A stretch of DNA of 64,000 nt from an uncultured Gammaproteobacteria bacterium (GCA_947259395.1 CAMYMN010000015.1:8915-72914); one strand, 5' to 3'. Shown: positions 24,844 to 41,801, counted from the first letter of the stretch. Program-made: numbers and translations. The notes: a model not told the origin generated them from the letters alone.

Positions 24844-26013
24844 TTAAAGTTTGGTGATGCCCGAGCCGCCCTCCTTTGGCGTGCCCCGTGTCTGGACGCC
24901 CCCTTCCTTGAGGTCCGCAGGGGCTTTGACCTGACTGTCTTTTAGTGCCTCGTATCTGGGTGTAAAGCCCAAGCCGGGGGCATCGGGAATCTTTACCATG
25001 TCGTTTTCCGGACCGGGAACATTGTCAAAAAAGTGTTGCCCGACTTGATGCATGCCCCAATGGAACTCGACGCGCCAACCATTCATGAGTCCCGCCATGG
25101 TGTGCATGTTGAATATCGGCCAGCCTCCACCGTTGGCGATCGGTATGTTGAACGCCTGGGCCAGATGCGCTGCCTTCTGGGTTTCCGTGTAACCGCCGTT
25201 GTAGACGCAATTGGGCTGCAGGATATCCACCGCGTGTTTCTCCACTAACTCGCGCAGCCGCCAGCGATGGCCCTCCATTTGACCCGCGGCGATGGGGATA
25301 TTGGTATGCTGCCTCAGATCGGCTAGCGCCCGGGCGTCGTTTTGATAAAGGGGTTCCTCGAACCAGCAAAGATTGCAGTCCTCCACCGCCCGACAAAGCT
25401 GGCGCGCATCGACCGGGTTGAAGCGGTAATTTGCATCGATCATGAGTTCCACGTCGTCGCCCACCGCATCGCGTACAACGCGAATTCGTTTGGCGTCCTC
25501 CTGCCAACCCCCCGGATCCACGGCAACCACCATCTTTAGCCGGGTATTGCCGTCGGCAACGAATTTCTGCGCGTACTCGACCAATTGGTCGTAATCAAAA
25601 AACGGGAAACCAAACGTAATGTAAGTCGGCGACCAGTCGCGAAACCCACCCAGAAGTTGGGCCACCGTGCGGCCCGCGTGTTTTCCATGAATGTCCCAAA
25701 GGGCAATATCGAGCGCCGATAACGCATTGGAAATGACCCCGGTGTAGGCGCGTGGGTTGAGTGACCACCAGACTTTGTGGTGAATTGCCTCCGTGTCACG
25801 CGGGTCCATATCCTTGACGATGGAAAGCAAATCGTTTTCCAGTGATGTAACCACCGCCCATGGCAGGAAAGCACCGGTGATGCCGCACCCGGTATGCCCC
25901 TCATCGGTTTCCACCTCACAGAACACAAAATGCCGGTGCTCGAGGGGTTTTTCGATCATCGGCAGAGTGACAGAGTATTGGTGAACGCTTGCCTTGATAT
26001 TCTTGATCTTCAT
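24844..26013 (-). CDS. enolase-superfamily enzyme (mandelate racemase/muconate lactonizing enzyme family)
   Basis: From ATG 26013 (SD GGAG 7 nt upstream): MKIKNIKASVHQY... Metal-ligand pattern IDANYRF / WFEEP / AAGQMEG. Length about 389 aa. Confidence 0.85.
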   Translation of the reverse strand: MKIKNIKASVHQYSVTLPMIEKPLEHRHFVFCEVETDEGHTGCGITGAFLPWAVVTSLENDLLSIVKDMDPRDTEAIHHKVWWSLNPRAYTGVISNALSALDIALWDIHGKHAGRTVAQLLGGFRDWSPTYITFGFPFFDYDQLVEYAQKFVADGNTRLKMVVAVDPGGWQEDAKRIRVVRDAVGDDVELMIDANYRFNPVDARQLCRAVEDCNLCWFEEPLYQNDARALADLRQHTNIPIAAGQMEGHRWRLRELVEKHAVDILQPNCVYNGGYTETQKAAHLAQAFNIPIANGGGWPIFNMHTMAGLMNGWRVEFHWGMHQVGQHFFDNVPGPENDMVKIPDAPGLGFTPRYEALKDSQVKAPADLKEGGVQTRGTPKEGGSGITKL

Positions 26014-26302
26014 ATATCGGCTCCAACGTGTAATGAAAGACAAAAATGCGACTCACTGCCCCCTTCCCTCGGCGCCCACACACCAGGCACACGAGCCACG
26101 ATACGTGCCCATTTTCTGCGCACAGATACGGGATGTCAAAACGGCCGGTTGGTAAAACTCTTAGCCGGTAAGTTTTTTCTTTTCGACGCCATGAAATTCG
26201 CGATGGTTCGTTGGTGTTCTACGATCCCGGCAACGATCCAAACAAACCTTACCGCGCTTTTCTAGTAAACTGGTCATTTACAAACACGACCGGAATGATG
26301 GG

Positions 26303-27118
26303 ATGGATGATTCAAATCCAGGTAAGACGAAGGCCTACAGCAATGAACGATTCTTGAACAGCCGCGATGCGCGTGCTTTGCGTATTCTCGCTGAGTATAT
26401 TGAACCCAATAGCCGCTTCGAGCATTACAATATTGACGACACCATCGTTTTCATGGGGTCCGCACGAATGGTGTCGCGGGAGCAAGCAGAGGCAGCACTG
26501 AGTGAAGCCGATGCGGCCGGGAGTGACTTGGAGTCGGCACGCAACAGACTGCGTCTATCCAAGTATTATGAGGCGGCAAAGGAATTAGGATACCGTTTGA
26601 CGATGTGGTCCAAGCAGCTACCCGATGATCATCGGCGCTTTGTGATATGTACCGGGGGGGGTCCGGGTATTATGGAGGCTGCTAATCGTGGCGCGTCTGA
26701 GGCAAAGGGGTTGAATATTGGGCTATCCATCTCTTTGCCTACGGAAGAGGTGGGTAGTGCGCACATCACCCGCGAGCTGTCTTTTCAATTCCATTATTTC
26801 TTCATGCGCAAATTCTGGTTCGCATATCTCGCCAAGGCGGTGGTATTTTTTCCAGGTGGCTTTGGCACGTTGGACGAGTTGTTTGAGATTCTGACCCTGG
26901 TGCAGACTCGCAAGATTAGAAAGCATCTGCCCTGTGTACTGTTTGGTACTGAATATTGGGATGAGATTATCAATTTCGACGCCTTGGTCCGGTACGGCAG
27001 TATCGATCCCCAGGACCTAGACTTATTGTTTCGTACCGACTCCGTGGACGAAGCCTACGATTTTTTGATACGACAACTTGGCGAGTATGGGATCAAGGAG
27101 CCTGGGGCGACACTGTGA
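26303..27118 (+). CDS. LOG-family (TIGR00730) Rossmann-fold nucleotide-binding protein
   Basis: Motifs GGGPGIMEAANRGA and PGGFGTLDELFE. Confidence 0.85.
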   Translation: MDDSNPGKTKAYSNERFLNSRDARALRILAEYIEPNSRFEHYNIDDTIVFMGSARMVSREQAEAALSEADAAGSDLESARNRLRLSKYYEAAKELGYRLTMWSKQLPDDHRRFVICTGGGPGIMEAANRGASEAKGLNIGLSISLPTEEVGSAHITRELSFQFHYFFMRKFWFAYLAKAVVFFPGGFGTLDELFEILTLVQTRKIRKHLPCVLFGTEYWDEIINFDALVRYGSIDPQDLDLLFRTDSVDEAYDFLIRQLGEYGIKEPGATL

Positions 27119-27242
27119 GGGTGTTGGTGATGCGTGCAATCACGTCAGGGGCAGGGTAGCGGATGTAATCGCGTGCCGATTTATCTGTCCAACGAGACGG
27201 TCTGACATTACGGGTGATCAAGCCGGAGGAGTGTGGAAAACC

Positions 27243-27710
27243 ATGGCGAACCATGGGATCCAACCTGGTCCCGGTACCTATGTGCTGTTCCTGGTGTGCT
27301 CGTCGGTGCGATGGACACAGGTGGGACGGCTTGGCGGGCTGCAAACCCAGCCGGGGTATTATGCGTACGTCGGCAGTGCCTTTGGGCCGGGCGGAATCTC
27401 GGCTCGTGTCGCGCACCACGCCAGGTTGTCAAGCCGACGCCACTGGCACATCGACTATCTACGGCAGTTGTCCCGGCCGGTGTCATGCTGGTATACCCAC
27501 GATCCGATTCAACGCGAACACGAGTGGGCGGCTTCGGTAGCATCGCTGCCGCTGGCGATGATTCCGCTGGTTGGATTCGGTTGCTCGGATTGCCGCTGTT
27601 GCTCGCATCTCATCTGGTTCCCCTCGCTGCCGTCCTGCCGAACGTTTCGCCACCGGGTTGTCACTGAACTGTTGGACCATGAAAAGATTTGGGAAAACTC
27701 CCTCGTCTGA
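27243..27710 (+). CDS. DUF123 domain protein (GIY-YIG/Uri-superfamily endonuclease-like)
   Basis: From ATG 27243: ...GPGTYVLFL ... GYYAYVGSAFGPGGISARVAHH ... HWHIDYL ... GFGCSDCRCCSHLIWF, matching the DUF123 signature as I recall it. The ORF-track start 27078 overlaps the LOG gene. Confidence 0.65.
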   Translation: MANHGIQPGPGTYVLFLVCSSVRWTQVGRLGGLQTQPGYYAYVGSAFGPGGISARVAHHARLSSRRHWHIDYLRQLSRPVSCWYTHDPIQREHEWAASVASLPLAMIPLVGFGCSDCRCCSHLIWFPSLPSCRTFRHRVVTELLDHEKIWENSLV

Positions 27711-27891
27711 GGAGTCGAACATTGTCATTTTCTCGACGAAACTCTGTGGGTGTTCCGCTGCATGCCGTGAACAAAGGCGGGGTGCCTGGTGAGAAATGTG
27801 GACTAGTGCTAACTTGTCTTGATGTAAATCAACGACCGTATACTAAAAACTGTCCAAACTGGGTCCAACGCGCTTAATTTGGGAGAGGTCC

Positions 27892-28347
27892 ATGACAGCA
27901 GGTTCGGTATGCACTCGCGACGTGGTGATTGCAACGCCGGAGATGTCGATTGTCGAGGTCGCGAGGCTGATGCGGGAGTATCACGTGGGAAGTCTAGTAA
28001 TCGTCGATGACAGAGCCGGTAAAAACGTCCCAGTTGGCATCGTCACCGATCGCGATCTGGTGATTGAGGTATTGGCCCAGGAGGTCGACTTGAAGAGCGT
28101 AGCCGTGGGGGATGTGATGAGTCAGATGCCGCTGACTGTGAAGGAGACGGAATCACTGTGGGATGTGATACGCCGCATGCGCGCCCAGGGCGTGCGTCGC
28201 GTGCCGGTGGTCGATAACGATGACTCGGTGATCGGAATCATCTCTGTGGATGATTTAGTCCAGCTGCTAGGCGACGAACTCAATGCTCTCGCCGGTTTAT
28301 TTGGCACCGAGCAGCGTAAGGAAGCGCATCACCGTACCCGCCCGTAA
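27892..28347 (+). CDS. CBS domain-pair protein
   Basis: 151 aa with two CBS repeats (...HVGSLVIVDD..VGIVTDRDL... and ...GVRRVPVVDNDDSVIGIISVDDL...). SD GGGAGAGG is upstream. Confidence 0.85.
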   Translation: MTAGSVCTRDVVIATPEMSIVEVARLMREYHVGSLVIVDDRAGKNVPVGIVTDRDLVIEVLAQEVDLKSVAVGDVMSQMPLTVKETESLWDVIRRMRAQGVRRVPVVDNDDSVIGIISVDDLVQLLGDELNALAGLFGTEQRKEAHHRTRP

Positions 28348-28641
28348 CCCCGGAGGCGCTCCTTACCCTATATATGGCGCCAAGCCGGCGCCGAAATAGC
28401 GCCGCCTCTATTCGTGGTCAGCACCGAAAAGGCCCACAACTTCTCTTCGAGAAAATGGAGACGTCTGAATCTCCAGATTGCTTGGCAAGAATAGACGGGG
28501 GGTGCCTTGGCGCGATATGCAGGCGAGTCCCAACATTAACAAGCGGTAATGAAATCCAGGCATTGCGTTTGTAAGGTTTGTCCTCTGGAAACGGACTTAT
28601 TGTGGTGTCGTTAACTGCGTTTGAAAACCGGAGGTGCGATC

Positions 28642-29082
28642 ATGAGTAATTCCGTTTCCCTGACCACGCAACAGATTTCCGATGCTGGCAGCCGCACCAT
28701 CGCCATGCTGCTATCCGATAATGCTCATTGGGCATTGCGCGTGGCGTTGTTGAGCGTGTTTATCTATCACAGTATCGGCAAGTTTGCCGATTTGGGTGCC
28801 TTTGCTGGCATGATGAACTTGCCCTTTGGCATTGCGTTATTGGTCGCGGTTGCCGAGTTGGGCGGCGGCCTGTTGCTGCTCGCCGGTGCGTTCACTAAAG
28901 ACTGGGTTACCCGCATCGGCGCGGCGATGTTTGTACCGGTAATGCTCGGTGCGATTATGATGGTCCACTGGCCACAGTGGAGTTTCGTGCCCTCGCCGAG
29001 TCATCCCACGGGAGGCATGGAGTTTCAAGCGGTGCTGATGTTGATTTCGCTTTATTTTGTAATACGCGGAAACAAAGCATAA
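28642..29082 (+). CDS. DoxX-family membrane protein
   Basis: ATG 28642 with SD GGAGG 8 nt upstream. Four hydrophobic helices and a DoxX-like pattern (SVFIYHSIGKF ... ELGGGLLLLAG). Confidence 0.75.
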   Translation: MSNSVSLTTQQISDAGSRTIAMLLSDNAHWALRVALLSVFIYHSIGKFADLGAFAGMMNLPFGIALLVAVAELGGGLLLLAGAFTKDWVTRIGAAMFVPVMLGAIMMVHWPQWSFVPSPSHPTGGMEFQAVLMLISLYFVIRGNKA

Positions 29083-29100
29083 CTACATGGTTTACGATGC

Positions 29101-29128
29101 AAAGGCCCGCGCAACGCGGGCCTTTTTT
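29101..29128. terminator. bidirectional rho-independent terminator between convergent DoxX gene and putA
   Basis: AAAGGCCCGCG-caa-CGCGGGCCTTTTTT forms a perfect 11-bp stem with A-run and T-run flanks. Confidence 0.75.
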
Positions 29129-29198
29129 AAACAGGATCAATGGGTACTCGGTTAGATTGGCGATAGCATCGACCAATTGAATCCACAACGAAGATGAG

Positions 29199-32100
29199 TC
29201 ATTCAATCATCGACAGCAAATCCGGGTTGCCGCCCACGGCTGCGATGTTGATGGACACTGTTCTTTCCGTGCATAAGTGTCGTAGATAGTTGGGACCACC
29301 AGCCTTGGGACCGGTGCCGGACAATCCCTCGCCGCCGAACGGTTGTACGCCAACCACAGCGCCGATCATATTGCGGTTGACGTAGACGTTGCCGACCCGG
29401 ACGCGTCGGGTAATGTACTCAATGGTCTCCTCGATGCGGCTGTGAATACCCAACGTGAGTCCGTAACCGGTAGCGTTGATCGCCTCGATGACGTTGTCGA
29501 GTTTATTCGCGGCGAAACGAATCACGTGCAAAATAGGACCAAACACTTCGTTATCGAGTAAGGACAGTGATTCGATTTCAAACATATGAGGTGGAAAATA
29601 CGTGCCGCGATCAGTCGCTGCGGACAATTCGCAACGATAAATCAAGGTTCCGTTTGCGGACAAAAATGTTACGTGTTTTTGCAACGCTATTTGTGCGTCC
29701 TCGTCGATAACCGGCCCAACATCGGTGCTCAACATTGCCGGATCTCCGATGGTCAGTTCGGCCATTGCTCCGCGCAGCATTTCGAGGGTACGCGACGCCA
29801 CGTCATCCTGGATAAACAATACCCGTAGCGCCGAACAACGTTGGCCGGCGCTGTTGAACGCTGACTGTATCGCATCCGCTACCACCTGTTCGGCCAACGC
29901 CGAGCTGTCGATGATCATTGCGTTTTGACCGCCGGTTTCGGCAATCATCGGCACGATGGGGCCTGCTTTTTTGGCGAGGGAACGCTGGATGGCCTTTGCC
30001 GTGTCCGTGGCGCCGGTAAACAAGACACCCGCGATGTCGGGATCGGCCACTAACCGGGCGCCAATAGCACCGTCACCGGGCAGCAACTGCAGCACGTCGT
30101 TCGGAATGCCGGCTCGATGCAGCAATCCTAGTGCATGAGAAGCGATCAAGGGTGTTTGCTCCGCGGGTTTGGCGATCACGCTGTTGCCGGCGGCGAGGGC
30201 GGCGGTGATCTGGCCAAGGAAAATCGCGAGCGGGAAATTCCACGGGCTGATACAGGCGAATACGCCGCGGCCGTGGAGGCTCAACTGGTTGGATTCCCCA
30301 CTTGGCCCGATCAGCGACTGTGGTGACTGCAGTTGATGGCGGGCCAGCGACGCGTAATAACGGCAGTAATCCACCGCCTCGCGCACCTCCGTCAGCGCAT
30401 CGGGTAGCGTCTTTCCGGCCTCGCGCACGCACAGGGTCATCAGCGCTGCTCGCTGCGCTTCCAAGATGTCCGCGGCGTTGTCCAAGTGTGCGGCGCGTTC
30501 ATTGGGACTCGTCGCCTGCCACGCCCAGAAGCCGCGATCTGCGACACTGACCGCACCATCGACATGGTTCGTGTCAGCCCATGCCACGGTCCCTATTTGA
30601 AGAGACTGGTCTGCCGGCGAATAAACGCCATGTATCGGCTCGCCCAAGGTCTGTCCTGCGACCATCGGCACCGTGGTCCACGTCTGCCCGTCTGCCTTTT
30701 CCATGGCAGCCTTGAGCTGCTCGAGTTCTACGGGATCGGACAGATTGAGGCCCTGAGAATTGACTCGCGACGTGCCGTAGAGGTTCACCGGCAACGGAAT
30801 TAGTGGATGCGGTGCATACTCGTTATCCCCGGCGATGTTGATGGGATCCGCAGCCACCGCCTCTACCGGCACCTCACGGTGAACGATGCGATTTACAAAT
30901 GATGTGTTGGCCCCATTCTCCAGCAGCCGGCGCACGAGATAAGGCAGCAGCTCGGCATGTCCGCCTACCGGGGCATAGATTCGGCAACGCAACTGATCCC
31001 GTTGTTGCAAAAATAAGTCATAAAGCCCGCGACCCATACCGTGTAGACGTTGAAACTCAAAGTCTTTACCGTTTGCCAGCGCCAACACCGAGCACATCGT
31101 ATGCGCATTATGGGTGGCAAATTGCGGATACAGCAGAGGTGCCGACTGCAACAACCTTTGGCTACAGGAAAGATATGAAATGTCGGTGTGTGACTTGCGG
31201 GTGAATACCGGGTAGCCTCCCAAGCCGTCTATCTGGGCCTGTTTGATCTCATTGTCCCAGTAAGCACCCTTGACCAACCGTACCGGAATTTGGCGCCGGT
31301 AGCGATCCGCTAGTCCCACGAGCCAGTTCAGCGTGGGCAGGGCGCGTTTCTGATAGGCCTGCACCGCCATGCCCAGGCCCTCCCAATCGGACAGCGCTGG
31401 ATCGCTGTAAAGTGCACGGAAGACGTCCAGTGACAACTCCAGACGGTCCGCCTCTTCGGCGTCTATGGTTACCAACAGTTCGAACTGTTTCGCCAGCCGC
31501 GCCAGTTCCAGCAGTGGCGGTGTCAGTTCCTTCAACACACGGTCCCGCTGGGCATATTCATAGCGGGGATGCAGGGCAGACAGCTTGATCGAGATCCCCG
31601 GGGCCAGCACTCCTGAACCGCACCGGTGTTTGCCGATGGCGGTAATGGCATGGGCGTAGGCATCGAAGAACCGGTGCGCATCGGGGGCGGTCATCGCCGC
31701 CTCGCCCAACATATCGTAAGAGTATAAGTAACGCTTTCTATCGGCGTGGTTACTACGCTCCAATGCCTGCTCTATGGTCTCACCGAGTACAAATTGCCGT
31801 CCAATGATTTCCATTGCCTGGGTGACGGCTACTCGCACCACCGGCTCGCCACTGCGTGCGGCAAGTCTCTTTAGTGCCGCGCCAAGATCGTTTCGCGTAT
31901 CCGGAGCCAGATTGATTAACCTCCCGGTCAGCATCAGCCCCCAGGTGGAGGCATTCACGAGTATCGATTCGCTCTTCCCGAGGTGCTCGTCCCAGTGTCC
32001 GGTGCTGAGCTTCTCACGAATCAGCCGATCGGCGGTTTCGGCGTCCGGGATACGCAGCAGCGCTTCCGCCAGGCACATCAACACGACGCCTTCTTCGCTG

Positions 32101-32348
32101 GAAAGGTCGTACTCCTGCAAGAAGGCGTCCAGGCCCTTTTGTGCGCCAGGGGTCTCGCGCAACGCCCGTACCACGGCACAGGTGTGAGCGAATATGTCGC
32201 CCCGGGTCTTCGCATCGAGGCCGGCTTGTTCCACTAGCGCTTGGGTCCAACTTGTTTCGTCCGCGAGATAGGCCTCACGAATCGCGCGGCGCAATGGGTC
32301 GGGTGGCGCAAATGGATGCTCGCTGATCATAACCTCGAGATTATGCAT
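29199..32348 (-). CDS. putA: bifunctional proline dehydrogenase / L-glutamate gamma-semialdehyde dehydrogenase PutA (short form without RHH DNA-binding domain)
   Basis: 1049 aa. N-terminal PRODH half and C-terminal ALDH half, with ETGGQNAMIID and the catalytic Cys context GQRCSALR. Confidence 0.9.
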   Translation of the reverse strand: MHNLEVMISEHPFAPPDPLRRAIREAYLADETSWTQALVEQAGLDAKTRGDIFAHTCAVVRALRETPGAQKGLDAFLQEYDLSSEEGVVLMCLAEALLRIPDAETADRLIREKLSTGHWDEHLGKSESILVNASTWGLMLTGRLINLAPDTRNDLGAALKRLAARSGEPVVRVAVTQAMEIIGRQFVLGETIEQALERSNHADRKRYLYSYDMLGEAAMTAPDAHRFFDAYAHAITAIGKHRCGSGVLAPGISIKLSALHPRYEYAQRDRVLKELTPPLLELARLAKQFELLVTIDAEEADRLELSLDVFRALYSDPALSDWEGLGMAVQAYQKRALPTLNWLVGLADRYRRQIPVRLVKGAYWDNEIKQAQIDGLGGYPVFTRKSHTDISYLSCSQRLLQSAPLLYPQFATHNAHTMCSVLALANGKDFEFQRLHGMGRGLYDLFLQQRDQLRCRIYAPVGGHAELLPYLVRRLLENGANTSFVNRIVHREVPVEAVAADPINIAGDNEYAPHPLIPLPVNLYGTSRVNSQGLNLSDPVELEQLKAAMEKADGQTWTTVPMVAGQTLGEPIHGVYSPADQSLQIGTVAWADTNHVDGAVSVADRGFWAWQATSPNERAAHLDNAADILEAQRAALMTLCVREAGKTLPDALTEVREAVDYCRYYASLARHQLQSPQSLIGPSGESNQLSLHGRGVFACISPWNFPLAIFLGQITAALAAGNSVIAKPAEQTPLIASHALGLLHRAGIPNDVLQLLPGDGAIGARLVADPDIAGVLFTGATDTAKAIQRSLAKKAGPIVPMIAETGGQNAMIIDSSALAEQVVADAIQSAFNSAGQRCSALRVLFIQDDVASRTLEMLRGAMAELTIGDPAMLSTDVGPVIDEDAQIALQKHVTFLSANGTLIYRCELSAATDRGTYFPPHMFEIESLSLLDNEVFGPILHVIRFAANKLDNVIEAINATGYGLTLGIHSRIEETIEYITRRVRVGNVYVNRNMIGAVVGVQPFGGEGLSGTGPKAGGPNYLRHLCTERTVSINIAAVGGNPDLLSMIE

Positions 32349-32408
32349 TGACGTACGGGAATGTCATCCGCTCGCCACAGAGAACGGGCGGGTTTGTCCT
32401 AAAAGCAA

Positions 32409-33473
32409 TTACTGATGGTAGGGAATACTGAGTTCGTGTACCGCATCAATCAATGACCCCACATGATCGGGGTTAATTGTCGGGGTCACGCCGTGACCGA
32501 GGTTGAACACATGGCCGCTACCGTGGCCGAATCGGTCCAAGATCGCGTGTGCCTCCTCGCGTATGCGTTCGGGTGCGGCATGTAGCACCGAGGGATCCAT
32601 ATTCCCCTGCAACGCCGCGCGGTCGCCGACCCGATGACGCGCGTCCCCAATGTCCACCGTCCAATCCAGTCCGATGGCGTCACAACCGGTGTCGGCGATG
32701 CGTTCCAACCACTGACCGCCGCCCTTGGTGAACAACACCACGGGAATCCGGGTGTCATCGATCTCACGAATCAGCCCGTCGACGATTTGTTGCATGTAGG
32801 CGAGGGAGAAATGCTCGTAAGCGCGGGCAGTCAGAAGACCACCCCAGGTGTCAAAGATCATTACCGCCTGTGCACCGGCCAAGATCTGCGCATTTAGGTA
32901 ATCGATTACACTGCGGGTGACGGTTCCGAGCAGCTGTCTGAGCGCCTGTGGGTCGTCGTAAAGCAGGGTCTTGGTGATCGCGAAATCCCGGGTGCCGCGG
33001 CCGTCCACCATGTAGCTCGCCAAGGTCCACGGACTACCGCTGAATCCGATCAGCGGCACACGGCCGTTTAGTTCACGTCGAATCAAGCGTACCGCATCCA
33101 TCACGTATCGCAGCTCGGCTTCCGGATCGGGAACCGGGAGAGCGGCGATCTCCTCGCGGCGCCGTACCGGATGTGCGAATCGTGGTCCCTCACCCTCATT
33201 AATTGTGAGTCCGAGGCCCATGGCATCGGGAATCGTCAAGATGTCGGAAAACAGGATCGCGGCATCGAGTTCGAAACGTTCCAGAGGCTGCAATGTCACT
33301 TCACAGGCCATCTCGGGTGTCTTGCACAACGTCATAAAGTCCCCGGCACGCTTTCGGGTCGCGCGATATTCGGGGAGATAACGCCCGGCTTGCCGCATGA
33401 TCCAGATTGGAGTGCGGTCTACGGGCTTTCGCAGCAAAGCGCGAAGCAAACGGTCGTTTTTTGGTTGCGCCAT
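32409..33473 (-). CDS. hemE: uroporphyrinogen decarboxylase
   Basis: 354 aa. N-terminal [18 protein letters not shown] signature. Confidence 0.95.
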   Translation of the reverse strand: MAQPKNDRLLRALLRKPVDRTPIWIMRQAGRYLPEYRATRKRAGDFMTLCKTPEMACEVTLQPLERFELDAAILFSDILTIPDAMGLGLTINEGEGPRFAHPVRRREEIAALPVPDPEAELRYVMDAVRLIRRELNGRVPLIGFSGSPWTLASYMVDGRGTRDFAITKTLLYDDPQALRQLLGTVTRSVIDYLNAQILAGAQAVMIFDTWGGLLTARAYEHFSLAYMQQIVDGLIREIDDTRIPVVLFTKGGGQWLERIADTGCDAIGLDWTVDIGDARHRVGDRAALQGNMDPSVLHAAPERIREEAHAILDRFGHGSGHVFNLGHGVTPTINPDHVGSLIDAVHELSIPYHQ

Positions 33474-33478
33474 ATTTC

Positions 33479-34186
33479 CTATTTCGTATTGATGGCTTGT
33501 TCGATCTGTTGTTGGATGGTTTCTGCAACGCCACGGGGATCGTCGGCGTCGCGAATCGGACGACCGACAACAATATAATCCGCTCCGTTCGCGAAGGCCT
33601 CGGGTGCGGTCACAACACGTTTTTGATCGTCATCGTTATCAACCGGCCGTATACCGGGAGTCACGATTAGAAACGAGTCGCCAAGCGCAGCGCGTAAACT
33701 TCTGGATTCGTACCCGGATGCCACCACACCGTCGCAGCCGTAATCCACCGCGCGACGCGCACGGGACACCACCAATTGCTCTATGTCACATTCGAAACCC
33801 AAATCATCCAGATCACCGCGGTCCAAACTGGTCAACACCGTCACCGCCAGCACCTTGACGTCGACCTTGGCTTCGGCTGCAGCACGCATGATACCGTCGT
33901 TACCATGTATGGTCGTGAAAGTAATACCACGTCCGTTGAGCTGGCGCACCGCCCGGCCCACAGTGGCAGGGACATCGAAAAACTTCAGGTCCACGAATAT
34001 TTTTTTTTCACGCGCGAGCAGCCAATCCACCAATTCAAAATAGCCGTCGGTCATGAACAATTCCAGTCCAAGTTTGAAGAACTGAACGCTGTCGCCCAAC
34101 CTCTCTACCAGGGTCTTGGCGTCATAGGTTGTGGGAACATCGAGCGCGCAGATCAGCCGTTCGCGGTGGGGAATGATTTTTACCAT
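33479..34186 (-). CDS. pyrF: orotidine 5'-phosphate decarboxylase
   Basis: 235 aa. LICALDV ... [13 protein letters not shown] (DxKxxDIP-type active site) ... VVGRPI. Confidence 0.9.
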   Translation of the reverse strand: MVKIIPHRERLICALDVPTTYDAKTLVERLGDSVQFFKLGLELFMTDGYFELVDWLLAREKKIFVDLKFFDVPATVGRAVRQLNGRGITFTTIHGNDGIMRAAAEAKVDVKVLAVTVLTSLDRGDLDDLGFECDIEQLVVSRARRAVDYGCDGVVASGYESRSLRAALGDSFLIVTPGIRPVDNDDDQKRVVTAPEAFANGADYIVVGRPIRDADDPRGVAETIQQQIEQAINTK

Positions 34187-34221
34187 CGTAGAAAGAAAAC
34201 TTAGGTAGCCGGTATCAGGTT

Positions 34222-40289
<6,068 letters not shown>

Positions 40290-40709
40290 GATCCTTCCTA
40301 CAGGATTAGGTGGTTAAGTGACAGCCGGCCTTGGCGCGGACTTCGTGCAGAAAGAACGGGGCAGAAGCGTACGCAGTATACGTTCTAGGAGTCGGGACGG
40401 TCCAATAATCCCCTACAAATTATAGGGAATAATGCCTTGGCACGCATATTACATCAGGATCCGGTAAGCTGGCGTAGGATCGGGACCAATGAATCTCTGC
40501 TTTGCGGGGACGAGCCCCCCCTGCTGCGCTTGTGCTGCGCATAGTCGCAGTGCGAGGACGAGCGTCGCACTCGAGCGAATAAAAAAGGGGTGAGTCGGTG
40601 ATTCCGATACCGTTTTTTCTGTTTTTTCTATTGAGTGCAGTCCAAGTTCAGGTGTGCCTGGACCAGCCAGGACGGGACGCCTGGGTGAGAAATGCAGGCT
40701 TAGGTGCGG

Positions 40710-41801
40710 CTAATCGGTGATCTGAAAATGCTGCAAGGTGTCGTCGAGGGTGGTGGGTGGATAGTCGTCGCAAAGGTAGGCGTGCCCGAGCTTTTTGAGC
40801 AACACCAAACGAACTGTTCCTGCGGACACCTTTTTGTCGGACTGCATCAATGACAGCAGTCGTGACCGGGTGATGGCAGCCGGGGGCGCCACCGGCAGGC
40901 CGGTCTGGGAAACTAAATCCATGACGCGTCGATAATCGGCTGTTGAGAGATCTTTGAGGTGCGACGACATAAACGCCGCCATGACCATGCCGAGCGCAAC
41001 CGCTTCGCCATGTAACCACTGTCCATACCCAAGAGCAGTCTCGATCGCGTGACCGAACGTGTGTCCAAGGTTCAATAGCGCCCGTTCACCTCGTTCGCGC
41101 TCGTCCGCGGCCACCACCTCGGCCTTGGCCTGACAGGATCGGTTGATAGCAAATGTGAGTGCCTCGGGATCCCGCACCAGCAGCTCGGGGACGTGCTGCT
41201 CCAACCAGGCGAGAAACTCAGCATCGCGGATTAATCCATACTTGATGACTTCCGCAATCCCGGCTCGCAATTCGCGATCGGCAAGCGTCGATAGTGTATC
41301 GGTGTCAGCGATCACCGCCTGGGGCTGATAAAACGCGCCGATCATGTTTTTTCCCCGCGGGTGATTTACCGCCGTCTTGCCGCCTACGGAGGAATCCACC
41401 TGTGCAAGCAAGGTAGTGGGAACCTGAATGTAGGGTACACCACGTTGATAACAAGCTGCGGCGAATCCGGCGATGTCGCCCACCACTCCCCCACCCAAAG
41501 CCAATACCGTGGTTCCGCGGTCACAACGCGCAGCCATGAGATTATCGAAGATGATCTCTAGTGTCGCTATGTTTTTGTACTGTTCACCATCCGGTAACAC
41601 GGTGACATGGACCTCTAAGCCGTTCAGCGTATTCTTGACGGCCTCTAAGTAAAGCGGCGCCACCGTCTCGTTGGTTACGATCATGACCTGGCGGCCGGCA
41701 ACGTGTGGGCGAAGCAAGTGTTTCTGCTGCAAAAGACCAGGGCCGATGTGAATCGGATAACTGCGTGAGCCCAAATCGACGTGCAGGGTCACGGCCGTCA
41801 T
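40710..41801 (-). CDS. aroB: 3-dehydroquinate synthase
   Basis: 363 aa. [14 protein letters not shown], and metal-binding HTFGHAIE ... HGEAVA. ATGA overlap with aroK. Confidence 0.95.
   Translation of the reverse strand: MTAVTLHVDLGSRSYPIHIGPGLLQQKHLLRPHVAGRQVMIVTNETVAPLYLEAVKNTLNGLEVHVTVLPDGEQYKNIATLEIIFDNLMAARCDRGTTVLALGGGVVGDIAGFAAACYQRGVPYIQVPTTLLAQVDSSVGGKTAVNHPRGKNMIGAFYQPQAVIADTDTLSTLADRELRAGIAEVIKYGLIRDAEFLAWLEQHVPELLVRDPEALTFAINRSCQAKAEVVAADERERGERALLNLGHTFGHAIETALGYGQWLHGEAVALGMVMAAFMSSHLKDLSTADYRRVMDLVSQTGLPVAPPAAITRSRLLSLMQSDKKVSAGTVRLVLLKKLGHAYLCDDYPPTTLDDTLQHFQITD

Noticed and set aside
27078-27792. Nest of 8 overlapping ORFs (60-210 aa) on both strands around the DUF123 gene
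   Set aside because: Only the frame containing the DUF123 signature has recognisable motifs. The others are R/P/G/A-rich and mutually overlapping, as expected for a locally GC-rich segment.
28374-28574. 66-aa ORF in the CBS-DoxX intergenic region; also scanned this 290-nt region for riboswitch-like structure
   Set aside because: The ORF has no SD and an Arg-rich, low-information sequence. I found only short hairpins (GGCGCC-n5-GGCGCC, GGAGA-n8-TCTCC) and no match to riboswitch cores I know (TPP, ZTP, fluoride, guanidine, glycine).
40648-41019. 123-aa ORF overlapping the 3' end of aroB
   Set aside because: It is an alternative frame of a well-supported gene, with no motif and an Arg/Pro-rich composition.
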